DNA of 63,482 nt, the filler included, from Trichomonas gallinae (Eukaryota), in the NCBI GenBank assembly GCA_008369845.1. It is 4 parts of 4 records of this genome, joined end to end, with 100 filler letters (N's around TTAATTAATTAA, not from the genome) between each part and the next. Parts side by side here need not be neighbours in the genome. Positions count along the whole stretch, not along the records: positions 61,879 to 63,482 come from MRSU01001469.1; 3 more parts are not named here. One strand, 5' to 3'. Below, one piece after another: positions 62,001 to 63,482 of this stretch. The position numbers and the translations under genes were made by a program. The number at the start of each line of letters is the position of its first letter. The first letter of the stretch is position 1. The notes below the pieces were generated by a model. It saw only the letters and a program-made list of their open reading frames with translations. It searched no databases and had not been told where the DNA came from.

Positions 62001-63047
62001 ATGCCATGTAAAGACTTGGATAAATTTTTGGCAAAATTTTATGTTCCTATTCCATTTTATCACTCAGATTCCCCAAGCCAGGATCCATGGATATACTATT
62101 ATGGTTCTCCATATGGTGATGAACCTACAAGCGGCAGCAATCCATCTTATGATATTTGGGCCGGAAAATTATATTTTCTCCAATGTCAATTCCACGGTTT
62201 AAGCAATAGAGCTATTGATATTGAAACAAAAGTATTAAAACTTTTACACTCGCAATGCATCTTCTTTAATTGTAGCGCATCATACAATGGAATAATATCT
62301 GTAGCTGAAGATATTTCTGTGATTCAGCATAAATTTTGTGCTATATCATGCAAAAAGAGCAGTTTTATATATATCAATTTAAAAAAATATGGCACGGATG
62401 ATTCGAATGATATAATTGAAAGCTCGATAACATCATGTATCCACCCAACATCTGATTACACAGTATACCTTAATTACGGTAATATAAATATTGCTTCGAC
62501 AAATTTCAGTAAAAATGTTGCAAGCTCATACTCCGCATACTTTATCTACCCTTTGCGATCTGAATCTTCAACTACAACGAATTACTCCACATTTGAAGGA
62601 AATAAATGTGAGGCTGGCTATGTAACAATCTTCCAAGATGGAGATAACTATCAACGTTTTGAATATTGTAATGTATTGAATAACTATCAGAAAAGTAAAG
62701 AACGCGGAACGGTCTATGTATTTCATGAGTACCTCTGCCCTTATATCTATAAGTGTTGCTTCTTTCAGGACAGAGGGAATGGGAAATTGATTAGTTCTGT
62801 GCCCGGTCGTAATATTCCGATCGTGAAATGTCACATTGACAAGCTGACGACTGATGACTCTAGAACTTATGAAGTTAAAGATATTGAAAGTAATTTCTAT
62901 GTGAGCTCTGTATCATATCTCAACACCTTCCAATGTTATAAGAATATGTATGTAATACTGAGTAGAAATGACGTAGAAAGTTATAATAATGCAGATATTC
63001 TTAACAAAATTATCCCCATGCTCAAAATTATCTGCGAATTAGTATAA
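62001..63047 (+). CDS. Hypothetical trichomonad-family protein (Cys/Asn/Ser-rich, beta-helix-like)
   Basis: 348-aa ORF with CIFFNC, IESSITSC, NFSKN and CNVLNN patterns. Start uncertain. Confidence 0.65.
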   Translation: MPCKDLDKFLAKFYVPIPFYHSDSPSQDPWIYYYGSPYGDEPTSGSNPSYDIWAGKLYFLQCQFHGLSNRAIDIETKVLKLLHSQCIFFNCSASYNGIISVAEDISVIQHKFCAISCKKSSFIYINLKKYGTDDSNDIIESSITSCIHPTSDYTVYLNYGNINIASTNFSKNVASSYSAYFIYPLRSESSTTTNYSTFEGNKCEAGYVTIFQDGDNYQRFEYCNVLNNYQKSKERGTVYVFHEYLCPYIYKCCFFQDRGNGKLISSVPGRNIPIVKCHIDKLTTDDSRTYEVKDIESNFYVSSVSYLNTFQCYKNMYVILSRNDVESYNNADILNKIIPMLKIICELV

Positions 63048-63191
63048 AAATATATATCCAAGTTACCATAATATTACGTGATTCATAGTTAAATCATCTG
63101 ATTTTTGATTTTCTGCAGGAATGAAAAATTGACAAAAAATTGATGCGTTGTCAAATTTGACATGTAAAATCAGTAAAGGCAGAAAAATTTG

Positions 63192-63432
63192 ATGCGCAAG
63201 GCGAAGATTTTTTCATAGCGATCAAGCAGATCCAGATCCCTGGACTTTCTACTACAGCAGTTCATATGGAAACACTCCATTAAGTGGCAGAAACCCGTCA
63301 TTCACTGTTGGAACCGGAAAACTCTACTTAAAAAAATGCATATTTCACGATCTCCAAAGTTCATCTGTTTCAATCAAAACATCACCGCTAAATTTCCTTC
63401 ATTTATATATTGTATTAGTAAACAATTATTAA
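63192..63432 (+). pseudogene. Truncated tandem paralog of the 62001-63047 gene
   Basis: FFHSDQADPDPWTFYYSSSYGNTPLSGRNPSFTVGTGKLYLKKCIFHDL aligns without gaps to FYHSDSPSQDPWIYYYGSPYGDEPTSGSNPSYDIWAGKLYFLQCQFHGL. The ATG at 63192 is out of frame across a T6 run; stop at 63430. Confidence 0.8.
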
Positions 63433-63482
63433 ATATCTTTAAATTTATTATATGAGCTCATATAAAAAAATACCCTCAAATT

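Overview
AT-rich eukaryotic genomic DNA, most consistent with Trichomonas vaginalis or a close trichomonad. The evidence is gene-dense, intron-free ORFs, very short 5' leaders with TCA(T/C)TTT initiator, AAAAGTGAC and CCTTT core-promoter motifs, and typical expanded families. The window is four contigs joined by three artificial 100-nt N/TTAATTAATTAA spacers. Recognisable genes: C69 dipeptidase (bacterial-like), TBC Rab-GAP, PP1, truncated eS24, LRR protein, casein kinase 1, TMEM218, REX1-like exonuclease, IFT80, SPEF1, two GT61-like proteins, tRNA-Leu(AAG), Ap4A phosphorylase, Tubby-like, M60-like, Rab and an EF-hand/WD40 protein. Not in the ORF track: a 256-bp PIF/Harbinger-type MITE with TAA duplication, four intergenic tandem repeats (three built on TGACA/CATGTAA units), recurrent non-canonical promoter motifs, three TTAGGG...CCCTA mini-hairpins, an E2F-like inverted repeat and several pseudogene remnants. 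I see no convincing multi-gene novel system. All family calls come from motif recognition, not database searches.
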